Shown piece after piece: positions 27,297 to 37,388 of a stretch of DNA of 64,000 nucleotides. The stretch's first letter is position 1; every line of letters begins with the position of its first letter. The position numbers and the translations under genes were made by a program. The notes beneath the pieces were generated by a model. That model saw nothing but the letters and a program-made list of their open reading frames with translations, was not told the DNA's origin and ran no database searches. The DNA comes from an uncultured archaeon (GTDB taxonomy: Archaea > Iainarchaeota > Iainarchaeia > Iainarchaeales > VGJJ01): the NCBI GenBank assembly GCA_964372665.1, contig CAYJRE010000001.1, positions 5,941 to 69,940 on the forward strand, given 5' to 3'.

Positions 27297-27976
27297 GCAT
27301 GCCTCCCCTGACTAAGAACGATTCTTCCGAGGCGGAGCCGAGCATCATTGAAATCATCCAAAACATGGTGCGAGAGGGTGAGTCGGAGGAAAATATTTTA
27401 CAAACGTTGAATCAGTTGGGGGTAGACCCCAAGAAGGCGCAGCGTTTGTTGTTGCTGGCCCAGGCAGACACGTTTGCTTTGTTGCAGAGCGAGATTTCCA
27501 AAATAGTGAGGCAGGATTTGGAGCAAGAGAAAAAAGAGTTGACTCCTTTCATCCAAAAGCAAGCCGAGGAAGCGGTAAAGTCTGCGAAAGAGGAGTTGGA
27601 AGAAGAGATGAAAAAGGAAATGAAGGGGTACGAAACAACACTTTCCAAGGAAGAAAAGACTTTTTCCGAGAAAACCTTTGATACGGTTCAAAAGTTCACG
27701 GACTTATCTGAGAGAATGCGCATTCGTTTGAACGAATTAGGAAAAGACATGGCTCAGATTAAGGTGGATCAAGATGAACTCAAATTGAGGGGCGTTTCCA
27801 CGCACAATCGGACCATTTCGCTCATACTGTTGGCGTTTGGTGTTCTGTTTGTGTTGGCGGACTTGATTTTATTCGTGACCAACTTTGGCTTGGTGTTGAC
27901 GATTGATTCCATGATTATTTTCATTGTCATTGCGTTAATCGGAGTAACGATGATGTTTGTCGCGACACTGGTGTGA
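27293..27976 (+). CDS. coiled-coil protein with C-terminal double TM anchor (hypothetical)
   Basis: Glu/Lys-rich coiled-coil body and a hydrophobic C-terminus. Confidence 0.4.
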   Translation: MSMPPLTKNDSSEAEPSIIEIIQNMVREGESEENILQTLNQLGVDPKKAQRLLLLAQADTFALLQSEISKIVRQDLEQEKKELTPFIQKQAEEAVKSAKEELEEEMKKEMKGYETTLSKEEKTFSEKTFDTVQKFTDLSERMRIRLNELGKDMAQIKVDQDELKLRGVSTHNRTISLILLAFGVLFVLADLILFVTNFGLVLTIDSMIIFIVIALIGVTMMFVATLV

Positions 27977-28083
27977 CCCCGGCATTGGCCTAATTTTTTG
28001 AAAGTAATCCTGAGAAAAAGGGCCGGGAGGTTGACGGTAGGAAACCTCCCTACGTTCGGCGCGTCCGGACGAAAACGGCCTGC

Positions 28084-28248
28084 TATTGTTTCTTGCTTCG
28101 GTTCACCACGTCTTCGTTCATTTCGATATCATGGAATTTCTTCAAATTATCGATTGCCCATTCCAAATACACGCGGGCGCGATAGGAGGGTTGTTTTTCT
28201 CGGAGTTGTTCGAGTTCTTGGATCGTGATTTCCAGTGGTTGCATACGT
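28084..28248 (-). CDS. small acidic protein (hypothetical, 53 aa)
   Basis: Reverse-strand ORF MQPLEITIQELEQLREKQPSYRARVYLEWAIDNLKKFHDIEMNEDVVNRSKKQ directly downstream of hjc. Below the track's length cutoff. Confidence 0.2.
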
Positions 28249-28268
28249 GTTTTTCCTCGGAAATGGTT

Positions 28269-28700
28269 TTAATCCTTGGGATTGAATGACAAGGCTTCGG
28301 GTAGTTTAGCATGGGTAAAGTACTCTATTTTTTTTCCTATTTCGAAGGCTCTTTTCTTGGATATGGCAAACGCTTTTCCGGTCGTGTGTAAATCCTCTTT
28401 TCGTAAAAATAACCACCCTCTGTTGGGAACCTTCCACGCAATCAACAATTCCGCGCCGGCCATTCGGCACCATTTTTCCAGATCGTTCATCTGCAATTGC
28501 GAAATGTTCAGGTTTTTGGCTTTCCAGGCCTTGCATTCGAATGCGTAAATCTTTCCATTGCGCAACGCGATCGCGTCCGGCGTGGGGATCGTGTTTTTTC
28601 CTTTTCCGCTGCCAGCGGCGCGACAGACGGCCATTCCATTCATGTATAACAATGCCAACAGTTCCCGTTCCGCGCTCGCCCCCTTGTTGTAGTGTGTCAT
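28269..28700 (-). CDS. hjc: Holliday junction resolvase Hjc
   Basis: ERELLALLYMNGMAVCRAAGSGK...DAIALRNGKIYAFECKA is the Hjc fold pattern with catalytic Asp and ExK. The track ORF extends to 28844. Start set at the internal Met. Confidence 0.65.
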   Translation of the reverse strand: MTHYNKGASAERELLALLYMNGMAVCRAAGSGKGKNTIPTPDAIALRNGKIYAFECKAWKAKNLNISQLQMNDLEKWCRMAGAELLIAWKVPNRGWLFLRKEDLHTTGKAFAISKKRAFEIGKKIEYFTHAKLPEALSFNPKD

Positions 28701-28875
28701 GCTTCCCAAGACCCGCAAAAACCACGAAAAGGGCCTATTTAATCCTGTTTTTTTTCTGCGTTTGCCGTTGGTTTGAGCTTTTGATTTATAAAAGAGTCGG
28801 CTCATAATAGGTTTGAAGAGTCCGTTTTTCGGGCTTTTGTTCAAGATTTCACGCTTAAACTTTTGGTGAATAGGA

Positions 28876-30618
28876 ATGCGGGATTCTCCTCCTTTGCGGA
28901 TGGAAATCGCCGTTCATCCGCGCAAACCATTCTTTGGTTTCACGAAAAAAGACGCGAATGGATTATGGCACCTGAACGTGCGTTCCTCGCCTCACCAAAA
29001 CAAAGCCAATGCGGAAATTGAAACGGAATGCAAACGCCTATTCAGGGCAGATGTAAAACTAATCAAGGGGCATTCCTCTTCCAAAGAAGTGTTGGAAGCC
29101 GCATTGGATCGTGAAACGCTTGAGCAACTGATTCTCGAAAACGTCGATTCGTTCAAAAAACAAAAACAAATGCAAAAGCAAATGCAAATATTGCATTGCA
29201 AAAACAAAAAAGAGTTGATACGAAATATGGCAAAGACATATGTGGACGCGGTCAAATACATGATTCGCATTCATTTTGAGATCAAAGGAATCGTAGACAA
29301 GCCCGATATTGTGGGAGCGGTGTTTGGTCAGTCGGAAGGGCTGCTTGGAGAAGAGATGGATTTGCGCGAGCTTCAAAAGAAAGGTCGCGTGGGTCGCATT
29401 GAAGTGAATGTGCGACAAGAAGGGGGAAATACGGTGGGAGAAATAATGGTTCCCACTTCCATGGATATGGCTGAAACGAGTGTATTGGCCGCCGCGATTG
29501 AAACCGTGGATAAGGTGGGTCCGTGCGAGTCCCGGTTTACTACGAAAAGCATTGAGGATGTGCGCCAAAACAAGCGCGCTGAGATTGCGAAACGGGCAAA
29601 AGAGCTTCTCGCGCGCTTGAAGATGGAGCAGAGCCCCGAAATAGACACGCTCACGGAAGAGATTCGGGCAGATGTGCGGGCGGGAAACCTGATCGAGTAC
29701 GGTCGTGATCATTTGCCCGCGGGTCCGGAAGTGGATTCCTCGGATGAAGTGATTGTTGTGGAAGGGAGGGCGGATGTTGTCAACCTCCTCAAGCATGGCA
29801 TCAAGAATGTGATTGGAATGGGCGGTTCCCGAATTTCAGGGGACATCATCAACTTGTCACGGAGGAAAACAATCGTGTTATTCGTTGATGGCGATCGGGG
29901 TGGAGAATTGAATGCGCGCAAATTGCATCAGATTGCTAACGTGCAATTCGTAGCGGTTGCGCCCGATGGAAAAGAGGTGGAAGAGCTTCCCCAAAAGGAA
30001 ATCATTCAATCCTTGCGGCGAAGGGTTCCTGTTCCGGAATTTCTTTCCTCGATTGGCGTTTCCGAACAGGAGTCGGGGAGAGGGATGCGTTTTCGTGCCG
30101 CTCGAGTGGGAATGCCTCGACCGTTTGAGCGTTCCCCACAAGGCATGCTCTCGTTTGGTCGGGGTCGGGGTCCTCGCCTGCCGCGCGAGGCCTTTTCGAG
30201 CATGACTGGAAACAGGGACCGCGGAATGATGATTCATAAGCGATTTGGGGTGGGGGGTGCTCCGGGTCGCATTTCTCCGTTTGGGGATAAAGCCTTGCCC
30301 ACGTTTGAGGCGCCGGTCGAGACCGCTGTTTTGGATTCACCCGAAAATGCCTCTGAATACGCTTCGTTTTTGGAGCGAGTGAAAGGAAAGAAGCAGGCCT
30401 TGTTTTTGGATGCCGATAAGAAGGAGATTGACCTTGTTCCAGTCAAGGATATGGTTTCTAAATTAAAGGACGCCAAGTCTGTTCATACGATTGTATGCGA
30501 TGGCATTATTACGAAGCGTTTGATTGATGCCGCTGCCAAGGCCGATGTGCAACTGGTCGTGGGAATCAAGCGGGGAAAGACTGGAGAAAGTAAAGTAAAA
30601 ACGTTGGTGGTGGGGTGA
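28876..30618 (+). CDS. dnaG: DUF167 (YggU/UPF0235)-like N-terminal domain fused in frame to an archaeal DnaG-type TOPRIM primase
   Basis: Residues ~9-90, MEIAVHPRKPFFGF...PHQNKANAEIETECKRLFRADVKLIKGHSSSKEV, match the DUF167 pattern. It continues without a stop into YMIRIHFEIKGIVDKPDIVGAVFGQSEGLLGEEMDLRELQK and the TOPRIM block VIVVEGRADVVNLLKHG...VDGDRGGE. An RG-rich C-terminal tail follows. Confidence 0.7.
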   Translation: MRDSPPLRMEIAVHPRKPFFGFTKKDANGLWHLNVRSSPHQNKANAEIETECKRLFRADVKLIKGHSSSKEVLEAALDRETLEQLILENVDSFKKQKQMQKQMQILHCKNKKELIRNMAKTYVDAVKYMIRIHFEIKGIVDKPDIVGAVFGQSEGLLGEEMDLRELQKKGRVGRIEVNVRQEGGNTVGEIMVPTSMDMAETSVLAAAIETVDKVGPCESRFTTKSIEDVRQNKRAEIAKRAKELLARLKMEQSPEIDTLTEEIRADVRAGNLIEYGRDHLPAGPEVDSSDEVIVVEGRADVVNLLKHGIKNVIGMGGSRISGDIINLSRRKTIVLFVDGDRGGELNARKLHQIANVQFVAVAPDGKEVEELPQKEIIQSLRRRVPVPEFLSSIGVSEQESGRGMRFRAARVGMPRPFERSPQGMLSFGRGRGPRLPREAFSSMTGNRDRGMMIHKRFGVGGAPGRISPFGDKALPTFEAPVETAVLDSPENASEYASFLERVKGKKQALFLDADKKEIDLVPVKDMVSKLKDAKSVHTIVCDGIITKRLIDAAAKADVQLVVGIKRGKTGESKVKTLVVG

Positions 30619-30658
30619 AGAATTCGCCCAACCTCCTTTTTTTTGTTTTAACTTTTTT

Positions 30659-30816
30659 GATTCGAACTTTTTAGAAAAAAGTTCGATCAAAAAGGTCTGA
30701 TACCTCGCCCTTTAGGGCGACATTCGTCGCCCATTGTTTGGCGAGCGAGCACGCGAGCAAGTGTCGTTCATGCCCAATTGGATACCGTGGCCTTTAGGCC
30801 ACGGAGGAGGTCATTC
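30659..30816. repeat. ~157-bp hairpin-rich repeat, family C, copy 2
   Basis: Same sequence and orientation as 19069..19225. Confidence 0.75.
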
Positions 30817-30856
30817 TTTTTTTCTAAATTTTCTTTCCTTGCCATTTCTATTTTTT

Positions 30857-31279
30857 TTATCTTTTCCGTTTCCATTTTGGGCTTTTGATGTTTAGTATGC
30901 TTTCTTCGATGGGGACCATGATTCGCCAGCTTCGGTATAATACCATTCCTACGATGAAGGTGCAGACCCAGAAGAACACCATGGCGATTTTTGGGACGAG
31001 TCCGGAAACGATTTGCAAATCGGTTAACCGGTATTGGTTAGCGTGGAGCAATACGCCAAACGCGTAGTAGGCTTGGGTTTGGCAGTCTTGTATTCGTACG
31101 GTTCCGGAATTGGATGCATCGATGCAGGCGTGGACCGCTTTCACATTTTCCCATGAGTCGAGCATGCTGGTGAGGCTTTGCACGAGCATGAGTAATGCGG
31201 CGATCATCAGGAATGCGCCGAATAGCTTGGGCAAGTGAACGTCTCGAGAGCCCAGCCGAAATAACAACACGCGTCGCAT
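30857..31279 (-). CDS. small membrane protein (hypothetical)
   Basis: 140 aa with two or three predicted TM helices. Confidence 0.35.
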   Translation of the reverse strand: MRRVLLFRLGSRDVHLPKLFGAFLMIAALLMLVQSLTSMLDSWENVKAVHACIDASNSGTVRIQDCQTQAYYAFGVLLHANQYRLTDLQIVSGLVPKIAMVFFWVCTFIVGMVLYRSWRIMVPIEESILNIKSPKWKRKR

Positions 31280-31416
31280 ACCTTTTCTCCTTGCGTGGAT
31301 GCAAAAACTCTTTCTATTTAAATCTCGTGGTGATTTGGGCGGTAAATCGGGCCTTTTTTTGAGTCTTTTTCGTTTTTCCCAAAAGGGGGCTTTATAAGGG
31401 AAAAATCGGCAGTGAA

Positions 31417-34400
31417 GTGGGTTATTGCATGGCCAAAGAGGATAGTTCCAAGTCGACGAATCGGGGTCGTGTTTCCAGGTTGGCAGAGGAGATTCCGGCC
31501 CCTTCTCCGAATGAGGATTTGTCCGAGCTCATGCGAAAGATCAATGCGCTGCAGTCCGGCACCGGTTCTTCCTCCCCTAACTTGGATGTCGAAAAGTTGG
31601 CTCATTATGAAATGCGGAAGGAGCCCCTTCCTCCGGAAACCCCTGAGCTTGTTCCAATCGGAGGAAAGGAGGGATTGTCTCCCCCTCCTTCGAGTAAAAC
31701 CCCTCCCTTGGCCACTGAGGAAGCGTATTCGTATTCGCAAGTGGTCCAAGATCTCCAGAAGGTGGGAACTGAAGCCAATGTTTCGACGTTTGAGTCGCGT
31801 ATCGCGGACAAGCCCAAGAAGTTGATTGAAGAATATGGCCAAACTCGGATTTACAAAGTGCAAGGCGAGATTTTATTGTATTACTGGGTTCCCGTCGCCC
31901 GCCCCACGGTTTCCGAGCGTGTCGTCATCAACACCCTAAAGGAAGCTACGACTCGGCTCATCAGCATAACCCCCTATCGCATTCGGGATCCGGAGCAAAA
32001 GAGGAATGTGTACGCGCAACAGGTCTTGGAGATTTTGCGGGCTTCTCCCGAGTTGAAAGTGCCTTCGAGCAAGTTTGGTTTCTATGCGACTGCGGTTGTG
32101 ACCGAGATGGTGGGGTATGGATTGGTGGACTCGTTGATTAAGGACGATAATTTAGAAGAAGTCATGATCATTGGTCCCAATGTCCCGGTGTATGTTTTTC
32201 ACCGCAAATACGATATGATGACTACCAACGTCGAGTTTACGGCGGATAATGAAATTCAGGATTTGATTAATCGGATTGCCCGTGAGATTGGAAGGAGGGT
32301 GGATATTTCTTCTCCTATGTTGGATGCGCGTCTCCCCGATGGTTCGCGTGTGAATGCCACTATCCCCCCCGCTTCCGTTTCAGGCTCCACGCTCACGGTT
32401 CGAAAGTTTCGTGCCGAACCTTTTTCGGTGGTGGATTTGATTCTGAACAAGACGATGAGTGCGGAGGTTGCGGCCTTTTTGTGGTTGTGCGTGGATGGGT
32501 TGTTGGCGCAACCGGCCAACTTATTGATTTCGGGGGGCACTAGCTCTGGAAAAACCACGCTGTTGAACGTGTTGTGTTCCTTTATTCCGCCGATGGAGCG
32601 CGTGATTTCGATTGAAGATACTTCCGAGCTCAATTTGCCGTTGAAGCACTGGATTCGGTTGGAAGGAAGGCCGCCGGGTTTGGAAGGGAAGGGAGAAATT
32701 ACGCTCGATATTCTCACCAAAAACTCGTTGCGGATGCGGCCGGATCGAATCATTGTGGGGGAAGTCCGCCACGATGAGGCCTTTTCGTTGTTCACGGCGA
32801 TGAACACGGGACACGATGGTATGGCTGCGCCGGAAACACTCGTGCAATTCGATGACGGTTCGATCAAACCGATGGGTGCGTTTTGCGAGGACTATTTTTC
32901 AGCGCTCCCCATTATCTCGAAAGGGGATATGGAAGCAGTATACTTACCTGATGATGCGCCGAGCGTGGTGGCGGTAAATAAATTCAATTTGAAGCAGGAA
33001 AAGGCAAAAGTCAAAGCAATTTGGAGAAGAAAGTGCCATAAGTCGTATCGGGTGGTGTTATCTTCGGGTCGGGAGATTAAACTCTCGCACGACCATCCTG
33101 TTTTCCGTTTGAAGGATGGTTTTCTCCAGCAAGTGCAGGCCCGCGAGGTCCGATTAGGCGATTATTTGGGAGCGATCGGTGAATTCGTTATTTCGGGGCA
33201 AGATGCGGACGAACATGCTTCCTATTTCGTGGGGTTGGTGCTGGGAGGCGGCCACCTGCGGAAAGATGTGGTGAGTTTCACGAATAGGAATGAGCGCTTG
33301 CATCGATTGTTTTTGGATTCTGCGAATAAGGCCTTTGGTGTGGTCGGGAAGACCTACCCACGAAAGAACGAGATTTCCGTGTCAATGATTAATTCTGCCT
33401 CTTTTGCAAAGAGTATTCATGAGCATTTTGGTATCCCCTTTGGAAATAAAACCAAGATTTTTGATGTTCCACTAGAAATTGAAAAGTCATCACTCAACTG
33501 TGTTGGTTTCTTTCTCCGGGGAATGTTCGATACCGGTGGGAGCGTTTCTTCGATCCGGAAAAGCATTTGTTTGTCCACCGCAAACCCAAACGTGTTGAGG
33601 AAGGTTCCGTTATTGCTCAAGCTTTTCGGAGTTGAGTCTAGGATTAATGTGCAGCAAAGAGACGGCAGAGGGAATGCGGGCCCTTATTATCGTATTTTCA
33701 TTACGGGAGAGAAAAATTTGCAGGCTTATCATGAAAACATTGGATTTGGTCATTCTGAAAAGCGGGCCAAACTGGTCTCCATTTTAGGAGTAAAATCGAA
33801 TACCAACGTGGACTTGGTACCAGATGTTGGATTGGTCATCCAAAAGGCCCGGAAAGGGTTGGACTTTACCCAAAAAGAGTTGTCGATGAAAGCGGGTCTG
33901 GGCAAAAGCCGATCGATGTTGAATGCGTATGAAGCGGGGTCGCGAAGTCCTTCGCGTGAAACACTAAGGAAGGTGGTGCGGGTTTTGATTGACCGCTTTA
34001 ATGATAAAGCGAGGGAGTTTGGTAGGTACGATTATGGCTTGGCTGATGCCAAGGAATCGGAAGGTCTAAAATCGATTCGTTCGTTGATTACCCACCTTAA
34101 CGCCCTTTCGAATGGTCATATCATATGGGATAGAGTGAAAACGATTACCGTTAATGACGAGGATTCTCTTTATTACGATTTGACGCTTGATACTATCCAC
34201 ACCTTTACCGCGAATGGAGTCGTGATTTCAAATTGTATGGGCACCATTCATGCGAATTCAGCAGAGGAAACGTTGACACGTGTTACCAATCCTCCTATGA
34301 ACGTGCCCGGAGTCATGCTTTCGGGATTGAATTTTGTGATTATCGAAAACCTTTTTCATTCCGCGACCAGGGGTTCTTATAGACGAGTCACGGAGATTGC

Positions 34401-34659
34401 AGAAGTCACCGGTGTTTTAGAAGGAAAGGCGCATACTCAACCTATTTTTTCGTGGGACGCTGTGAAGGATGAATTGGTGCGAAACAATACCCCTATCAAG
34501 TATTTGGATCGGGTGTCCGCTCTTTCGGGGAGAAGTGTTTCGGAAATCGAGATGGAATTTAAAAGGAGAGAGCGATTTTTACAGGGGTTGGTGGACCGCA
34601 ATGTGCGCAGCCTTAAGACCGTTTCCATGTTAGCTGAAGAGTTTGTGGGAGGAGAATGA
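31417..34659 (+). CDS. type IV pilus assembly ATPase (FlaI/TadA family) containing an intein
   Basis: S/P-rich N-terminus, Walker [11 protein letters not shown], Asp box [11 protein letters not shown]. The His box NTGHDG...[11 protein letters not shown] is split by a ~471-aa insertion with LAGLIDADG-like motifs. Confidence 0.8.
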   Translation: MGYCMAKEDSSKSTNRGRVSRLAEEIPAPSPNEDLSELMRKINALQSGTGSSSPNLDVEKLAHYEMRKEPLPPETPELVPIGGKEGLSPPPSSKTPPLATEEAYSYSQVVQDLQKVGTEANVSTFESRIADKPKKLIEEYGQTRIYKVQGEILLYYWVPVARPTVSERVVINTLKEATTRLISITPYRIRDPEQKRNVYAQQVLEILRASPELKVPSSKFGFYATAVVTEMVGYGLVDSLIKDDNLEEVMIIGPNVPVYVFHRKYDMMTTNVEFTADNEIQDLINRIAREIGRRVDISSPMLDARLPDGSRVNATIPPASVSGSTLTVRKFRAEPFSVVDLILNKTMSAEVAAFLWLCVDGLLAQPANLLISGGTSSGKTTLLNVLCSFIPPMERVISIEDTSELNLPLKHWIRLEGRPPGLEGKGEITLDILTKNSLRMRPDRIIVGEVRHDEAFSLFTAMNTGHDGMAAPETLVQFDDGSIKPMGAFCEDYFSALPIISKGDMEAVYLPDDAPSVVAVNKFNLKQEKAKVKAIWRRKCHKSYRVVLSSGREIKLSHDHPVFRLKDGFLQQVQAREVRLGDYLGAIGEFVISGQDADEHASYFVGLVLGGGHLRKDVVSFTNRNERLHRLFLDSANKAFGVVGKTYPRKNEISVSMINSASFAKSIHEHFGIPFGNKTKIFDVPLEIEKSSLNCVGFFLRGMFDTGGSVSSIRKSICLSTANPNVLRKVPLLLKLFGVESRINVQQRDGRGNAGPYYRIFITGEKNLQAYHENIGFGHSEKRAKLVSILGVKSNTNVDLVPDVGLVIQKARKGLDFTQKELSMKAGLGKSRSMLNAYEAGSRSPSRETLRKVVRVLIDRFNDKAREFGRYDYGLADAKESEGLKSIRSLITHLNALSNGHIIWDRVKTITVNDEDSLYYDLTLDTIHTFTANGVVISNCMGTIHANSAEETLTRVTNPPMNVPGVMLSGLNFVIIENLFHSATRGSYRRVTEIAEVTGVLEGKAHTQPIFSWDAVKDELVRNNTPIKYLDRVSALSGRSVSEIEMEFKRRERFLQGLVDRNVRSLKTVSMLAEEFVGGE
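32821..34233 (+). mobile_element. intein with LAGLIDADG homing-endonuclease domain inside the pilus ATPase. Position 1 is Met, not the usual nucleophile (Cys/Ser/Thr)
   Basis: Block A-like [23 protein letters not shown] blocks [12 protein letters not shown] and [15 protein letters not shown]. Block [22 protein letters not shown] followed by +1 Cys. The host junction aligns with the intein-free paralog, TGHQG/CLGT. Confidence 0.65.
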
Positions 34660-35864
34660 TGCCGGCAGAAGATTTCTCGAGTATTAAATCTCGGATTGAA
34701 GAGAAGAAGCCCACGGACCGGAATGTTTCCTCCGCGAATTCGATGCCGGAGAAGCCTGTTGATCTGTCGGATAAGCAGATTGATTTGATTGTAGAGCGGA
34801 TGAAGCATAAGTACAAGCAGGAGGGGCTAGAGTTTAATGAAGTGGAAGGGCAATTGGGCGAGCTCAAGGATATTATTTCGGGAACCGGTCAGAAAGGCGT
34901 GGAAGTCGGAGTCGATGCCTTGCGGGAGGGGAAAAATGCGTTCATTCGTATTCTGGGTCATTTGTATTTTTCGTTGCATGGTTTTTTTGAGTGGGTGAGC
35001 AAGCGAATCGAGACGTTTCCCCAGATGAAGACCTTGAACTATTATTTGTATTCGGCGAACATGTCGTATTCGTCCAAGCAGTGGGTCGCGATTGTTTCGG
35101 TGGTTTCTGTTCTCGTTTTTATTGCTGTTTTTTCGTTTGGTGAACTTGCTTTTCTTCTGCTTCGTTTCTTTGGTCAGCAACGGGGTCTGACATTGAGCCC
35201 TTTGGTGGTTACTCTTTCGTATGTTCTTCCGGTGATCGTCGCCTTGTTTTTTTCGGTAGCGGCGGTTGTGGTGGGGTTGTTGGTTCCAAAAATGAACGCC
35301 GAGAGGCGCGGGGACGAATGCTCGACCGAGTTGCCTTTTGCATTGCGGCACATGGCCACCGAGTTGCGCGCGGGAATTGGTTTGTATAAGACGATTCAGA
35401 CGATTGCCAAAGCGGATTACGGGGTGTTGTCGGAGGAGTTTACTCGTGCGATTTCAGAGATTGAAGAGGGCACCGACACGAAGGATGCGCTGCGCCACTT
35501 TGCGGCGCGCACGCAGTCTCGCCCCCTCGCAAACGCGTTGCGGCACATTATTCGGGCGTTGCGCACAGGAGGAAATTTGTCAGAGATCATGGGCAGCATC
35601 GCAAGCGATGTGAGTTTTGATTTGCGGATGAAAGTACGCGAATACTCGGAAAAGCTTAACTTTTTCGGTGTCATTTTCATTTTTATGGGAATTGTGGCTC
35701 CTGTTTTTGTGGGGGTGATGGGCGCCATCGTGAATGGGGGGTTGCCGCTGGGTTTTTCCATTCCATTGACTCCCCCCGTGATTATGATTTTTTACTTTCT
35801 GATTATGCCCACACTCTTGGGGGGGTTGGCGTATTATTTGTATGTCACGCAACCCCGGGTGTGA
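34656..35864 (+). CDS. pilus membrane platform protein, single T2SS-F domain (TadB/TadC/FlaJ-like) #1
   Basis: About eight predicted TM segments and a central cytoplasmic T2SSF-type domain ([20 protein letters not shown]...[12 protein letters not shown]). Confidence 0.65.
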   Translation: MMPAEDFSSIKSRIEEKKPTDRNVSSANSMPEKPVDLSDKQIDLIVERMKHKYKQEGLEFNEVEGQLGELKDIISGTGQKGVEVGVDALREGKNAFIRILGHLYFSLHGFFEWVSKRIETFPQMKTLNYYLYSANMSYSSKQWVAIVSVVSVLVFIAVFSFGELAFLLLRFFGQQRGLTLSPLVVTLSYVLPVIVALFFSVAAVVVGLLVPKMNAERRGDECSTELPFALRHMATELRAGIGLYKTIQTIAKADYGVLSEEFTRAISEIEEGTDTKDALRHFAARTQSRPLANALRHIIRALRTGGNLSEIMGSIASDVSFDLRMKVREYSEKLNFFGVIFIFMGIVAPVFVGVMGAIVNGGLPLGFSIPLTPPVIMIFYFLIMPTLLGGLAYYLYVTQPRV

Positions 35865-35886
35865 AGACGATGAAAAGGTGAAAAAT

Positions 35887-36822
35887 ATGGTGGTGTACGA
35901 AAAGAAAACCCTGCTCGAGCAGTACGCATACTACATGCAGCAGGCCAACCTGGACGTTCCCGCATTGTTGTGGGTGACGGGTTCCTTCGTGGCTGCATTG
36001 GCCGTTGGCTTGCTGGTCTTTTTTGGGTTGGTATTGTTGAAGGTCAATGAGCCTTTGCTCGCTTTCCTTGGTTTTGCTATCGTGTTGGATATGATGATCG
36101 GGTATCCCTACATAAAGGGGAAATCGCGTATTGATGCGATCGAGGCAAGTTTGCCGGACGCGTTGAAACAGATGGCGGACACCCTGAAAACGGGTTCCAC
36201 GTACGAGTACGCGTTGCGCGAGGTCGCGTCATCGCAATACGGTCCACTTTCGGACGAAATGAAGAAGGTATTGCGAAAGTTGGAAGAGGGGGAAAATTTT
36301 GAGAACTCGTTAGCATCATTATCCAAGTCGGTTGAATCCAAATTGATTCGGAGAGTGGTTACTATTGTCATTGACACGGTTCGCGCCGGCGCCGCATTAG
36401 CGGACATTTTGGATGACATATCTCAAGATGTTCGGGAGATGAATCGTATTGCCGCGGAACGGAGGACCAAGACTATTTTGCAGGTGATTTTCATGGTGGC
36501 AGCCGGTGTTTTCGTGGCGCCCTTCATTTTTGGCTTGGTCTCAGTCGTCGTTGAGTTTTTGATTAACACCTCTACAAAGACGGGGGCGATTTCGGGGGCA
36601 AGTGCTCAAGCCATTCAGAATGCGCGGGATTTGATTATTTTTTCGGTGAAGGGTTATTTGTTTATTCTAGCCGTGGCCACCGGCGTGATTATGGGTGCCA
36701 TGCGCGACGGTAAGCTATCCAAAAGCCTTTTATATATCCCTTTGCTGCTATTGCTCGCTTATGCGGTGTTCTTCATTTCGCAAGTGTTGGTAGGATCGCT
36801 TGTGGGGTCTGGTAGCCTATGA
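35887..36822 (+). CDS. pilus membrane platform protein, single T2SS-F domain #2
   Basis: Second T2SSF-like domain (ALKQMADTLKTGSTYEYALREVAS...) plus TM segments. Start at the internal Met preceded by GGTGA. Confidence 0.65.
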   Translation: MVVYEKKTLLEQYAYYMQQANLDVPALLWVTGSFVAALAVGLLVFFGLVLLKVNEPLLAFLGFAIVLDMMIGYPYIKGKSRIDAIEASLPDALKQMADTLKTGSTYEYALREVASSQYGPLSDEMKKVLRKLEEGENFENSLASLSKSVESKLIRRVVTIVIDTVRAGAALADILDDISQDVREMNRIAAERRTKTILQVIFMVAAGVFVAPFIFGLVSVVVEFLINTSTKTGAISGASAQAIQNARDLIIFSVKGYLFILAVATGVIMGAMRDGKLSKSLLYIPLLLLLAYAVFFISQVLVGSLVGSGSL

Positions 36823-36986
36823 TGGTAGAAGATAATCACGGCCAAGGTTCCATCGACTTGTTGTTGGTGGTTGGCATCGTGATTGTGCTTGCCACGGTTG
36901 CGGGCTTGATTCTCAAGGGGTTGACTAACACGCTGCAAGGGAATGCGGCGAATTTGACGAACACGCTCATAAATAAAACGAACTAA
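36819..36986 (+). CDS. Flp/DUF361-type type IV pilin (class III signal peptide), 55 aa
   Basis: MMVEDNHGQGSIDLLLVVGIVIVLATVAGLIL. ATGA overlap with the preceding gene. Below the track's length cutoff. Confidence 0.6.
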   Translation: MMVEDNHGQGSIDLLLVVGIVIVLATVAGLILKGLTNTLQGNAANLTNTLINKTN

Positions 36987-37006
36987 CTGTTCGAAGGAGG
37001 GAACGT

Positions 37007-37177
37007 ATGGATAACCGAGGACAAGGAGCCCTGGAGTATTTGTTGTTGATTGGTGGTGCAGTGCTCATTGCCACGATCGTGTTGTTGATCATCATTGGCT
37101 CGTCTCAGACAACCAACGGAATCATCAACCAAAACCTCAACACCTATGTGCACAAGCTCGGCAACAATGTCCCATAA
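37007..37177 (+). CDS. Flp/DUF361-type type IV pilin, 56 aa
   Basis: MDNRGQGALEYLLLIGGAVLIATIVLLIII, a G-x-x-x-E-Y Flp-like motif. GGAGG Shine-Dalgarno-like sequence 6 nt upstream. Confidence 0.65.
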   Translation: MDNRGQGALEYLLLIGGAVLIATIVLLIIIGSSQTTNGIINQNLNTYVHKLGNNVP

Positions 37178-37206
37178 CGGAATCTCTACATTTGATTGGG
37201 ATTATT

Positions 37207-37380
37207 ATGGAGACGCGGGCCCAGGTAGGTTTGGAGTACTTGTTGACAGTGGCGTTTGGAGTGATTCTTGCCACTGTCGCGGCATTGTTAGCCTTGCAAG
37301 TCGTGGGCATTGCGCAGGTTGCGGAGAAAAACATTGAGCAGTATCGCCAGGAAACGGTTTTGAGCTTTTTGGGAGACTAG
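37207..37380 (+). CDS. Flp/DUF361-type type IV pilin, 57 aa
   Basis: METRAQVGLEYLLTVAFGVILATVAALLAL. Internal ATG of track ORF 37192..37380. Confidence 0.6.
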   Translation: METRAQVGLEYLLTVAFGVILATVAALLALQVVGIAQVAEKNIEQYRQETVLSFLGD

Positions 37381-37388
37381 TCTATTCC

